From positions 1,404-65,403 of the forward strand of contig JAIRXP010000033.1 in NCBI GenBank assembly GCA_031268215.1: 64,000 bases of DNA, written 5' to 3'. Of the stretch, positions 9,956 to 18,926 are shown one piece after another (positions within the stretch are counted from its first letter, which is position 1; each line of letters starts with the position of its first letter). The position numbers and the translations under genes were made by a program. The notes beneath the pieces were generated by a model. That model had not been told where the DNA came from. It saw only the letters and a list, made by a program, of their open reading frames with translations, and searched no databases. This DNA comes from Bifidobacteriaceae bacterium (GTDB lineage: Bacteria > Actinomycetota > Actinomycetes > Actinomycetales > WQXJ01).

Positions 9956-10669
9956 TCAGCTCAGTCCCCCCGGGACACTTCCCAGCAAGGCTGGATACTC
10001 ACCGGCCAGCAGATAGCGCGCCGGGACATCCTCCACGATCAGCGGAAACCGCCCGGCCGGCTCCAAGAATGTGTTGTCCCCTGCATCGTCATTGACGCAA
10101 GAGACCTCCGCCGCCAGCACCGGCGCCTCCACCGCCCAGAAACGGTGCATCACACCGCGCGGCACCTGAATTGACTGCCCCGGTGCCAAGGTCACCCGCT
10201 GGCCGGCGGCCACCTGCCTATACACCCCATCCACGAAGGTGGCGACAACCCCTTTGCCCAGGCCCAGCTGCTCAGCTGTCCGGGCCATCGGATACAACTC
10301 GACATCCAAGTAACCCCCGCCGCGATTGATGATGTCCTCCGTCTTTATGGCATGCGAATGAAAGGGCGTCTCCTGCCCCACGCGCACGGCCATCACTTTT
10401 TCGGCATAGGTCTGACCGGTCCCAGCGTCCCGCTCCGCCAACGACCCATTGCGCAGGGTGCAAAGCGTCAGCCCGAACCGGCCAAACTCCCCGCGCCCAA
10501 AGTCAGTCACATCCCAGCCCAGCCCCCTTTCCAAGGTGGGCCGCAATTCAGCCAGATGGTCAGCCCAGTGCTGGCGGCGCCATCTCGCGAAGTCAGGCAG
10601 TGCGAAGCTCAAGCCGGCGGCGAGTTCCAGGGCCGCCTCAACGGCATCGTCCAATTCAGAGCGTTTCAT
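9956..10669 (-). CDS. D-lyxose / D-mannose ketol-isomerase (cupin, Lyx_isomer family)
   Basis: 237 aa with the characteristic HSHAIKTEDIINRGGG and VMHRFWA cupin motifs. An AAGGAG RBS precedes the ATG. Confidence 0.75.
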   Translation of the reverse strand: MKRSELDDAVEAALELAAGLSFALPDFARWRRQHWADHLAELRPTLERGLGWDVTDFGRGEFGRFGLTLCTLRNGSLAERDAGTGQTYAEKVMAVRVGQETPFHSHAIKTEDIINRGGGYLDVELYPMARTAEQLGLGKGVVATFVDGVYRQVAAGQRVTLAPGQSIQVPRGVMHRFWAVEAPVLAAEVSCVNDDAGDNTFLEPAGRFPLIVEDVPARYLLAGEYPALLGSVPGGLS

Positions 10670-10929
10670 GGGTCTACTCCTTAGTCCGAACGTAGGGGGT
10701 GATCAGGCGCGGCTTCACGGGCGCCGGCGCATCCCAACCGACAGGCGAGCGCGAACCTGGGCGCTGTGGCAGTCCCGTGAGCACCATGGCCTCCTCTTCG
10801 CCGCGTCTGGGATCGTTTCCAGTCTTACGCTCCCAGACGCCCCGTGTCAATGACCCTCTCGTTGCCCGATGCCGCGCGCGCCGTTCCGACCGCCGTCGCG
10901 CCTATCCCCAGGGCGGCTTTCGGTCGATG

Positions 10930-11421
10930 CTAACCGGCAGCGCTGGGCGCCGGCGGCCTGAACACCCAAGCCCGCAGCACCACGAAGTTGAGCGCCGCCA
11001 CCAGCACCAGGGAGATCAATTTTGCCGCCCAGCCGGGCAGGCCGAGCCAGACTGCCAGCGCCACGAGGCCGGTTGACGCCACCCAGTTGAAGGCCACCAA
11101 GAGCACGTACCGGCGCAACGCGCCTGGCACAGAGCCCGCCCGGAACACCAGGTCCCGGTTGCCTCGGTAATTCACAACGAACGCCGTCAGGAAGCTGAGC
11201 GCGGTCGCTACCCATTCGACCAACCCAAGATGCACCAACACCAGGAAGACCCCAAAGTCAACGGCCGCACTGGCACCGCCAACCAGGACAAACAGCCCCA
11301 GCCGCCGCACGCTCCCAAAACCAGCCGCGCCGCCGGTCCTACCCGCATCACCGGGCCCACCAGCACCGCCCGAGCCGCCGGAAGCGGAACCGGACCTAGG
11401 GGGCAACCAGGAAGGCGGCAT
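10930..11421 (-). CDS. GtrA family membrane protein (polyprenyl-phosphate-sugar handling/flippase-like)
   Basis: Four TM helices with GtrA-like motifs (GGASAAVDFGVFLVL, FVVNYRGNRDLVFR, NFVVLRAWVF). The start at 11421 follows the upstream GT2 stop by 4 nt. Confidence 0.75.
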   Translation of the reverse strand: MPPSWLPPRSGSASGGSGGAGGPGDAGRTGGAAGFGSVRRLGLFVLVGGASAAVDFGVFLVLVHLGLVEWVATALSFLTAFVVNYRGNRDLVFRAGSVPGALRRYVLLVAFNWVASTGLVALAVWLGLPGWAAKLISLVLVAALNFVVLRAWVFRPPAPSAAG

Positions 11422-11425
11422 CGGT

Positions 11426-12361
11426 CTACTTTGGCGTGGCCTGGATGTCCAAGACCAAGCCCTCCACCAGGAACTGGACGCCAACTATCGTTGGCGCCAC
11501 CCCCAACAACCAGGTCCCAGTCGAAGCGGAAACGCCGTTCGTGAGCGACCAAATGGTGGCCCACGTACCGACGGCCAGTCCAAAAACCGTCAAGGCGAAA
11601 CCGGCCAGCATGAGCAACGCGATAGGCGAGAAACTCCACAAGATGTGTTTGCGCCACATCCGCCGCCACCCACCCGTGATCAAGGTCCACAAGATCCTGG
11701 GGGCTACTTTGATCAGGTTCATGCCGGAAGTCTCGGCCCCGTAAACGGCCGGCACGTTGACATCCTTAGCCCGCACGTCGGCGATGTTCAGCCAGATCAG
11801 CAGATCATTCTCGAAGTCATAGCGGCGGTGTACCTTGGCCAGCGGCAGCCGGTTCAGCGAATCGGCGGTGCAAGCGGTGTAACCATTTTGCGGATCGACC
11901 AGATTCCAATAACCCGAAGCCGCCTTGGTCAAGATGGTCAAGATCATGTTGCCAAAGATGCGGTGCTTAGGCATGCCCTCAAAAGAAGTCGAGGAGTAGA
12001 ACCGATTGGCTTTAGTGAAGCCATAGCCGTGATCTGCAATTGGATCCAGCAGCGCCGGCAGATAGTCCGGGTCCATCTGACCGTCCCCGGCCATCACTAC
12101 CGACACGTCCATCCCCAGCTCCAGCACCCGCCGGTGGCCCGTGACGATAGCCCCGCCAACACCCTGGTTGACGTCATGACTGATGACCTCAGTTCGCTGA
12201 TCCGCAGCCGCCCGCGCCAGTTCGCCAGTCCGGTCTGGACTGTGATCATCGACCACTACCACCTTGTCGACCAACTCCGGCATGGTCCGGATGACCGATT
12301 CGATGTGGGCTTCCTCTTTGTACGCGGGGACCACCACGCCAATCTTGAGGCTCTTGTACAC
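11426..12361 (-). CDS. GT2 polyprenyl-phosphate glycosyltransferase with two C-terminal TM helices (GtrB/CsbB-like)
   Basis: IGVVVPAYKEE, VVVVDDHSPD and a MAGDGQMDP (DxD-type) motif, with two C-terminal TM helices. The start is uncertain: GTG at 12361 is chosen because the longer ORF overlaps divergent ppm1. Confidence 0.7.
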   Translation of the reverse strand: MYKSLKIGVVVPAYKEEAHIESVIRTMPELVDKVVVVDDHSPDRTGELARAAADQRTEVISHDVNQGVGGAIVTGHRRVLELGMDVSVVMAGDGQMDPDYLPALLDPIADHGYGFTKANRFYSSTSFEGMPKHRIFGNMILTILTKAASGYWNLVDPQNGYTACTADSLNRLPLAKVHRRYDFENDLLIWLNIADVRAKDVNVPAVYGAETSGMNLIKVAPRILWTLITGGWRRMWRKHILWSFSPIALLMLAGFALTVFGLAVGTWATIWSLTNGVSASTGTWLLGVAPTIVGVQFLVEGLVLDIQATPK

Positions 12362-12436
12362 GCCGCAAACCCTATCAATCCTGGCCGCGCCGCCGGGACG
12401 ACCCACTCCCCAACCGCGGTTTGATAGCGTGCCTTT

Positions 12437-13252
12437 GTGCGCCCTGACCCCGACCAAACCGACCAAGCCGGTCAGGCGGGCCAGTCCAGCGGCCCGGGAG
12501 CCACCGCAGCGCCTTTAGTCATCATTCCTACCTTTAATGAGCGCGAATCGCTGCCGGGGGTGCTAGAACGTCTGCGCCGGGCCGTCCCGGCCGCCCATGT
12601 CCTAGTGGTAGATGATTCCAGCCCGGACGGCACCGGCGCCTGGGCCCAAGCGGCCGCCCAGGCAGACCAGCAGATCCACGTCCTGCACCGTCCTGACAAA
12701 GAGGGACTGGGCCGCGCCTACTTGGATGGATTTAGGTGGGGACTGGAGCGGAACTTCGATCCGTTGGTGGAGATGGACGCGGACGGTTCCCACCGCCCAG
12801 AACAGTTGCCGTCATTGCTCGATGCCGTCGAAGCCGGTGCCAGCCTGGTGATCGGTTCGCGCTGGGTCCCGGGTGGCGAGATTCTCAATTGGCCCAAACG
12901 CCGTGAATGGCTATCGCGCGGCGGCAATATCTATGTCTCAGTGATGCTGGGACTCAAAATCAAAGATTCGACCGCCGGGTTCCGCGCCTATCGGGCCAGC
13001 CTCCTGCGTTCCTTGGACCTCACCAGCGTCCAAGCCCACGGCTACGGGTTCCAGGTCAACATGTCGATGGCGGCCCGCGATGCCGGCGCCCGCATCACCG
13101 AAGTCCCAATCAGTTTTCCGGAACGCCAGGCCGGCACCTCGAAGATGAATGGCTCAATTGTCCGCGAAGCCATGTGGCTGGTAACCAAATGGGGCGTGAC
13201 CCGCCGTTGGTCCGCCATCACCCACCGGCGTAAGGACGGTTCCGGAGGCTAA
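12437..13252 (+). CDS. ppm1: Polyprenol-monophosphomannose synthase (dolichol-phosphate mannosyltransferase-like GT2)
   Basis: VIIPTFNERESL, VLVVDDSSPDGT, EMDADGSH and a soluble GT2 catalytic domain typical of actinobacterial Ppm1. The exact start is uncertain (GTG at 12437). Confidence 0.7.
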   Translation: MRPDPDQTDQAGQAGQSSGPGATAAPLVIIPTFNERESLPGVLERLRRAVPAAHVLVVDDSSPDGTGAWAQAAAQADQQIHVLHRPDKEGLGRAYLDGFRWGLERNFDPLVEMDADGSHRPEQLPSLLDAVEAGASLVIGSRWVPGGEILNWPKRREWLSRGGNIYVSVMLGLKIKDSTAGFRAYRASLLRSLDLTSVQAHGYGFQVNMSMAARDAGARITEVPISFPERQAGTSKMNGSIVREAMWLVTKWGVTRRWSAITHRRKDGSGG

Positions 13253-14820
13253 CGCCTCTTGTAAGCCGCCCACCCGCGCTCATTCGGAACCAAGAAATAG
13301 TCGCCCGCCAGCATGGCCCGCAGCCGTTCGCCGATCTCAGGGCTGATGGCGTTGTCTAACCAGGACTCCGCCAAGTCAGGGCTGTCAAAGATGATCAGCG
13401 TCGCTCCACCATCAAGGAGGTCCTGGGCTATTCCATCGTTCCATTCGCGTTTGAAACTCTCCTCGAAAGGCGGCATGGGCCGGTAGAACCGGACAGTGGC
13501 TGGACGGCGCTGAGCCACATAGTGGGCCGTCTCTGGCAACTCCACCAACGCCACGCGCGCCTCAGGCGAAGTCTCCCGCCGCATGAAGGCTGCCAGATCA
13601 CGCACCCGGCTGTTGTGGTCAGTGGCGCCCCACAAACTAGGCGAGCCTTTCCCAAGCGCTGGAGTGGCGGCAGTGGCCGCCAACACCACCGCCATCGCCG
13701 CCGTCACCAGCCGGGCCGCCACCGGCCGCGGCTTCAAACGCGCCTCTAGAGCCCGGATGCATTTGGTCATCAGCCAGGCTGCTGGCCAGGCCAGCAACGG
13801 CACGAATGTCATCATGTAATTGGGGTCAGGATTGCCGGAGATCAGGTTGGCCGCCAGGTTGGCGACCAAACCCACCGCCGTCACCATGACCAAGTACCGT
13901 TGAGGCGCCATCAGCCGCACCGGCCGCGGGTCGCGCCCCGCCCAGGCATAGTTGACCCGGCGGATCACCAAGGCGGCCGCACCAGCCAAGAACAGAGCCA
14001 GAATCACCAATCCGCCGCCGGGACGCAGTCCGCTAAGCATGACGCCCGCATTAGCCAGGCGCTCCGCCAGCGAGTAATCCCAATGCACCACGTCAAAGTA
14101 GGCGCTCTCCAAGCAGGCGGCCAGCGCCCCCTGGCTGGCCAGCCAGATAGCCAGAGCGCCAAGCAAGGCACAACAGGAGACGATTGCGGACCCGGACAGC
14201 AACCACAGCGGTCGCCAAGTGCCACGCTTGACCAGGTACCAGGCCACTCCCAGAGCCGCCACACAGGCGAAGGCGGCCAGGTTGGGCCGCATGGCGAGGA
14301 GCGCACCTATGGCTAGGCCCAGCGCGACACCTCGCCTAACGGGGTGACCGCCTTGGTCCAGAGTTGTCTTGAAGGTCGCCCAAACGGACACCGCCAGGAA
14401 CGGCATGGCCCATTCCTCAACCAGGTTGCCAACCATCAAGGTCCCAGCCAACGAGGCCAATGCCGCGGTCGCGGCCACGCCCGCCAGCCACGGTGTCAGC
14501 GCCATCCGGGCCAGACGGTACATAACCAGGGCCGAACCAACCAGCGCGGCGAACTCCAGGACCCAAATCCCGTGCCAATAGTTGATGCTCACGCCCAGGG
14601 CGTTGATCAGGTAGTAGAGCGGTCCCTTGTTTTCCCAAATCTCGGTGTAGAGCGTGTCACCGGCAGTAATCCGCCATCCGATCCCGGCGGCCAGCCCGGC
14701 TTGCATACCGTAACTGGCGTGAACGCCCGGGAAGAAGTAGGTGATGGTTGAGAAAACAGCGGCGGCGGCCGCCGGCAGGCCGGCCGGCGCCCATTCGCGC
14801 AACCAGGCCCGGCTCTTCAT
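13249..14820 (-). CDS. Polytopic GT-C type glycosyltransferase (ArnT/PMT_2-like) with a C-terminal soluble domain
   Basis: 523 aa with at least 10 hydrophobic helices followed by a soluble domain of roughly 130 aa. Its context with GtrA, GtrB-like and Ppm1 genes supports the call. No diagnostic motif could be verified by eye. Confidence 0.5.
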   Translation of the reverse strand: MKSRAWLREWAPAGLPAAAAAVFSTITYFFPGVHASYGMQAGLAAGIGWRITAGDTLYTEIWENKGPLYYLINALGVSINYWHGIWVLEFAALVGSALVMYRLARMALTPWLAGVAATAALASLAGTLMVGNLVEEWAMPFLAVSVWATFKTTLDQGGHPVRRGVALGLAIGALLAMRPNLAAFACVAALGVAWYLVKRGTWRPLWLLSGSAIVSCCALLGALAIWLASQGALAACLESAYFDVVHWDYSLAERLANAGVMLSGLRPGGGLVILALFLAGAAALVIRRVNYAWAGRDPRPVRLMAPQRYLVMVTAVGLVANLAANLISGNPDPNYMMTFVPLLAWPAAWLMTKCIRALEARLKPRPVAARLVTAAMAVVLAATAATPALGKGSPSLWGATDHNSRVRDLAAFMRRETSPEARVALVELPETAHYVAQRRPATVRFYRPMPPFEESFKREWNDGIAQDLLDGGATLIIFDSPDLAESWLDNAISPEIGERLRAMLAGDYFLVPNERGWAAYKRR

Positions 14821-14865
14821 TGGATCTCCGTTTCGGCTGCGGCCCGCAGGGTCGCGGCCGGCGTC

Positions 14866-15861
14866 TCATAGACGCACGGTCTGACCAGTGGCCGCCGATT
14901 CAAGGGCGGCCTCCGCCGCCAGAAGGGTCTGGTAGCCATCCGCCAAGGTCACCGCGTCGAAGCGAACCCCCAGAACCGCGTCCCGGAAGGCCTCATCTTC
15001 CGCCTTCAGCGGCTCGCGCGTCTGGATCGCATAGCGGGTGGTGTCGCCTTCTGTCACCCCCCGGAATTGCCGTAGCTGTTCCCATTCAGTTGGCACTGAT
15101 CCATTAGCCCAGAAGGTCAAGGTCACGGACGCTGTATCCGCCACCAGGGCGCCGCGCTGCCCCGTCACTATGGTCTCCCGTTCCTTCATAGGCGAGAGCC
15201 AGTTGACTATGTGGTTGACCAAGACGCCATTCCTCATCCGCCCGGTGATCAGAACCATGTCTTCATGTTCCCGCAACGCCCGGTGGCTAACCTGGGCGGA
15301 CACCATGTCGTAGTCCGAGCCAGCCAGCCATTGAGTGGAATTGATGTCATGCGTGGCCAAGTCCTTGACCACGCCCACGTCGGAGATGCGGGCTGGGAAC
15401 GGCCCCTGACGCCGGGTCGCTACCTGGTAGACATCCCCCAGTTCGCCTTGCCCAATCCGTGCTCGCATTTCCGCGATCGCCGGATTGAAGCGTTCCACGT
15501 GGCCGACACAAGCGAACACCCCGGCCGCCTCAAACGCCTCCGCCAGCCGCGAAGCCGCCTCCGCCGATGCCGCCACCGGCTTTTCGAACATCGTGGCCAC
15601 TCCCGCTTCGGCCAGCGCCAGACCAACTTCTTCGTGGTAAACCGTTGGCACGGCCACCACCGCCAGGTCCAACCCCGCCGCGATCAAGTCCGCGGCCGAT
15701 TCGCCAACGGCCAGATCTCGTGCCACACCGAACTTGTCTCCGCCCGGGTCCGCCACGGCCACCAGCTCAACGCCATCTAGCTCCCGCATGATCCGGACGT
15801 GGTGGCGGCCCATTGAGCCGATCCCTATTACTCCGGCCCGCAGATTCGCCATATCAGCCAC
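14866..15861 (-). CDS. Gfo/Idh/MocA family NAD-dependent sugar-nucleotide 3-dehydrogenase (WbpB/WlbA-like)
   Basis: N-terminal Rossmann motif GVIGIGSMGRHH and a Gfo/Idh/MocA C-terminal domain. It is translationally coupled to the upstream aminotransferase. Confidence 0.75.
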   Translation of the reverse strand: MADMANLRAGVIGIGSMGRHHVRIMRELDGVELVAVADPGGDKFGVARDLAVGESAADLIAAGLDLAVVAVPTVYHEEVGLALAEAGVATMFEKPVAASAEAASRLAEAFEAAGVFACVGHVERFNPAIAEMRARIGQGELGDVYQVATRRQGPFPARISDVGVVKDLATHDINSTQWLAGSDYDMVSAQVSHRALREHEDMVLITGRMRNGVLVNHIVNWLSPMKERETIVTGQRGALVADTASVTLTFWANGSVPTEWEQLRQFRGVTEGDTTRYAIQTREPLKAEDEAFRDAVLGVRFDAVTLADGYQTLLAAEAALESAATGQTVRL

Positions 15862-16954
15862 CTGCCTTGGCTACCGCGCTCACCGCACCAGCGATCCGGT
15901 CCAGGTCCCCCTGGCTCAGCGAAGGATGCACCGGCAAGGAGATGACCTCCGCAGCCGCCTGGGCGGTCTGCGGCAATTCCAGGCCGGGCGCATACTTGGC
16001 TAACGAGGCCAGCAGATGATTGGGAATTGGGTAATACACGCCACAGCCAATCTGGTGTTCCTCACGCAGCGCCCTGACCATGCCGTCGCGGTCATCGGCC
16101 ACCCGGATGGTGTACTGGTGATAGACATGCGTGGCACCCGGACGGACCGGCGGAACCACCACGCCTTCCAGGTTGGCGTCCAGGAAGGCGGCGTTGGCTT
16201 GGCGCTGGGCCGTCCAGGCTGGCAACTTACCTAGCTGGACCCGCCCAATGGCGGCGTGGATATCCGTCATACGCTCGTTCAGGCCAACCACTTCGTTGGC
16301 GTACTGCTTGTCCATCCCCTGGTTACGCAACAGACGGACGCCACGGGCCTGGGCGGCATCGGCGCAACTAACCATTCCGCCCTCACCGGAAGTCATGTTC
16401 TTGGTTGGATAGAGCGAGAACATGGCGAACTTGCCGAAGGTGCCAACCGGCTGACCATCCAGTAGCGCGCCGTGGGCCTGCGCCCCGTCCTCGAACAAGC
16501 TCAAACCATGGCGCCGTGCGATCTCCCCCAGGGCGGCCATGTCCGCCGGCTGGCCATAGAGATGGACCGGCATGATGGCCTTAGTCCGAGGAGTGATCGC
16601 GGCTTCCACGCTGGCCGGGTCAAGGCAGAAATAGTCCAGATCAATGTCCGCGAAGACAGGGGCCGCCCCCGTCAGGGCCACCGAGTTCGCCGTCGCGGCG
16701 AAGGTGAAGGATGGCACTACCACCTCGTCCCCAGGGCCAATCCCGGCCGCCAGCAGTCCCAGGTGCAGTCCCGCAGTGCCGGAAGAAACCGCCACGCATT
16801 CACGCCCCCGCACCAGACTGGTAGCGAATTCCTGCTCAAAGGCCGCTACTTCCGGCCCTTGGGCAATCATTCCGCTGCGCAACACGCGGTCAACCGCCGC
16901 ACGCTCCTCATCACCAACAATCGGCTTCGCCGCGGGGATGAACTCTTCGGTCAT
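15854..16954 (-). CDS. DegT/DnrJ/EryC1/StrS family PLP-dependent sugar aminotransferase (WbpE/WlbC-like)
   Basis: 366 aa: GPEVAAFEQEFA, and FSLYPTKNMTSGEGG carrying the PLP lysine context. There is an ATGA overlap with the upstream acetyltransferase. Confidence 0.85.
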   Translation of the reverse strand: MTEEFIPAAKPIVGDEERAAVDRVLRSGMIAQGPEVAAFEQEFATSLVRGRECVAVSSGTAGLHLGLLAAGIGPGDEVVVPSFTFAATANSVALTGAAPVFADIDLDYFCLDPASVEAAITPRTKAIMPVHLYGQPADMAALGEIARRHGLSLFEDGAQAHGALLDGQPVGTFGKFAMFSLYPTKNMTSGEGGMVSCADAAQARGVRLLRNQGMDKQYANEVVGLNERMTDIHAAIGRVQLGKLPAWTAQRQANAAFLDANLEGVVVPPVRPGATHVYHQYTIRVADDRDGMVRALREEHQIGCGVYYPIPNHLLASLAKYAPGLELPQTAQAAAEVISLPVHPSLSQGDLDRIAGAVSAVAKAGG

Positions 16955-17547
16955 GACTCCTCCATTTCCTGGATCGTTTCTCCGGTTTCTTCATAACGGC
17001 GGCCCGTGACTGGGCAAACCCAGGCCTCACCCTCCCGCCGCAAGGGATGACCAGACTTGCCAACCCAACCAACCTGGCGGGCGGGCACTCCCACCACCAG
17101 GGCATGATTGGGCACGTCTTTGATGACCACGGCCCCCGCGGCCACAGTGGCCCAAGCGCCAATCTTGACCGGCGCCACACAAACTGCCCGGGCACCAATC
17201 GCGGCGCCCTGGCCAATGGTCACGCCAACCAGGTCCCAATCCTCGCCGCCCTTCAGCGAACCGTCCGGGTTGATCGCCCTGGGATAAGTGTCGTTGGTCA
17301 GCACCGCCGCCGGCCCAATGAACACGCCGTCCGCCAAGGCGGCCGGTTCGTAAACCAGAGCATAATTCTGAACCTTGCAGTTGTCTCCCAGCCGGACCCC
17401 GGTGCCTATATAGGCGCCCCGGCCAACAATGCAGTCACGGCCCAGCCTGGCTTCCTCACGCACTTGCGCCAGGTGCCAGATCTTCGATCCGTCGCCAATA
17501 CTGGCTCGCTCATCCACATCCGCGCTCGGCGCGGCGAAAAATCCCAT
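16951..17547 (-). CDS. Hexapeptide-repeat (left-handed beta-helix) sugar N-acetyltransferase (WbpD/WlbB-like)
   Basis: Repeated [LIV]G-x4 hexapeptides (IGDGSKIWHLAQV, VGRGAYIGTGVRLGDNCKV, IGQGAAIGARAV). ATG at 17547 has an upstream GGGAGAG. Confidence 0.75.
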   Translation of the reverse strand: MGFFAAPSADVDERASIGDGSKIWHLAQVREEARLGRDCIVGRGAYIGTGVRLGDNCKVQNYALVYEPAALADGVFIGPAAVLTNDTYPRAINPDGSLKGGEDWDLVGVTIGQGAAIGARAVCVAPVKIGAWATVAAGAVVIKDVPNHALVVGVPARQVGWVGKSGHPLRREGEAWVCPVTGRRYEETGETIQEMEES

Positions 17548-17652
17548 TTCCGGTCTCTCCCTAGGGTCGCTCGTTGGGCCGCGCACAACACTATCCCAGG
17601 CGACCCCGCGTTCGGGTCATCTAAGGCCCAGACGCCTGTCGCGCTGGGGCTC

Positions 17653-18873
17653 CTAACCGCTGTCAGCCCCGTTTCGCATGGCCTGTCCTAGCGCTTCAGC
17701 CGAGCGCTTCCCGCAATGGACGGCCTCCACAAAGGCCGGGCCCCGCGCGGCCGCCTGGCGGAATGGTTCCGGCCCAGCGATGATCTCCTCCAAACGCTCC
17801 TCCAGTTGCCAAGCCGTGACCTGGCAAACCGGCAGGGCCAGCCCCGTGCGGTCCTCGACGCACTGGCGGACTGACTGGTCGACATCGGACAACACCAGAC
17901 GTCCCAGCGCCATGGCTTCCGCGGCCGCCACGCCGTATATGCCCATGCGGAACTGATCCGCCACTATGTCCGCTGATTCGTACAGACCCAGCACCTCAGC
18001 GGCGGTCAGGCCCTCAGCGCGGATGTACTCGATCCGACCCAAGTCCGCCAGGCGGCGCAGTACCGGATCCACCAAATCTGTCCCCTTGAGCACCGGATTG
18101 GACGGTACATGGACCACCCGCGGTGGGTGGCCGGTAGGCAGGACCGGCGCCAAGCCCTCGCGGCGGCGAATGGATTCGTCAACCACCACTGGGCACCAAA
18201 TAGCGCCCTCCACCTGGTCCAACAGGTCCGGAGTGGACACCAGTTGGGCCAAGCCCAGATGGCCCATGGCACGCCAATTGCGCCGGGCGGTGGATTCCAG
18301 TTCCGCCGTCCGTGCCCGCATGGACGGTTCGGTGTAAGGGCTGAGCCGGTGCGAGGCGGCATGGCGCGACGGCAAGCGGATATCCGATCCATGCCACAGC
18401 GCCGCCACGGCCAGGCCAGCCGAGCGCAAAGCCAGCGCCTCGCGGCCCGGGCTATAGCCAAACAGCCGCCCAAACAAGGCCCGCCCAGACTCCATCACAA
18501 CGCCTTGGAAATGGTCTACGGCCAAAGAAAACTGGGCCGATTGAAAGTCTCCCGGGGCCGCGTTGACGGTGATCGGCAAAGCATAATCGGCGCCGTAGCC
18601 AAAGGCCGGATTGGCACTAAACACCCAGTTCACCGCACTACCGCCGGTTTCCTGGTCCCAGGCTTGAGCCCAGGCCCGCCCCTGGCCGGCAAAATTCGTT
18701 GGCGCGATCAACAGCCGCGGCTCCGGCCCCTGCGGCACGGGCGCCTGGTGAAGGTCCTCTGGGGGACGCTGGGCTGACCATTTCCACCTTTCCAGCGTCC
18801 GGTCCAGGCCGGCGGGTAAGAGGTGGCGCCGGCGCGCCACCATTGACCAAATAGCGCGACGTGACGGTGCCAT
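17653..18873 (-). CDS. Hypothetical protein with a GT-B (Glycos_transf_1-like) C-terminal half
   Basis: The C-terminal segment VVHVPSNPVLKGTD...ESADIVADQFRMGIYGVAAAEAMALGRLVL resembles the GT1/GT4 donor-binding domain. The N-terminal half was not recognised. Confidence 0.4.
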   Translation of the reverse strand: MAPSRRAIWSMVARRRHLLPAGLDRTLERWKWSAQRPPEDLHQAPVPQGPEPRLLIAPTNFAGQGRAWAQAWDQETGGSAVNWVFSANPAFGYGADYALPITVNAAPGDFQSAQFSLAVDHFQGVVMESGRALFGRLFGYSPGREALALRSAGLAVAALWHGSDIRLPSRHAASHRLSPYTEPSMRARTAELESTARRNWRAMGHLGLAQLVSTPDLLDQVEGAIWCPVVVDESIRRREGLAPVLPTGHPPRVVHVPSNPVLKGTDLVDPVLRRLADLGRIEYIRAEGLTAAEVLGLYESADIVADQFRMGIYGVAAAEAMALGRLVLSDVDQSVRQCVEDRTGLALPVCQVTAWQLEERLEEIIAGPEPFRQAAARGPAFVEAVHCGKRSAEALGQAMRNGADSG

Positions 18874-18926
18874 TCGAAATCCCTTCAGTTACGATGAACC
18901 TGATCTTTAGCGTAAAGGACTGCTCC

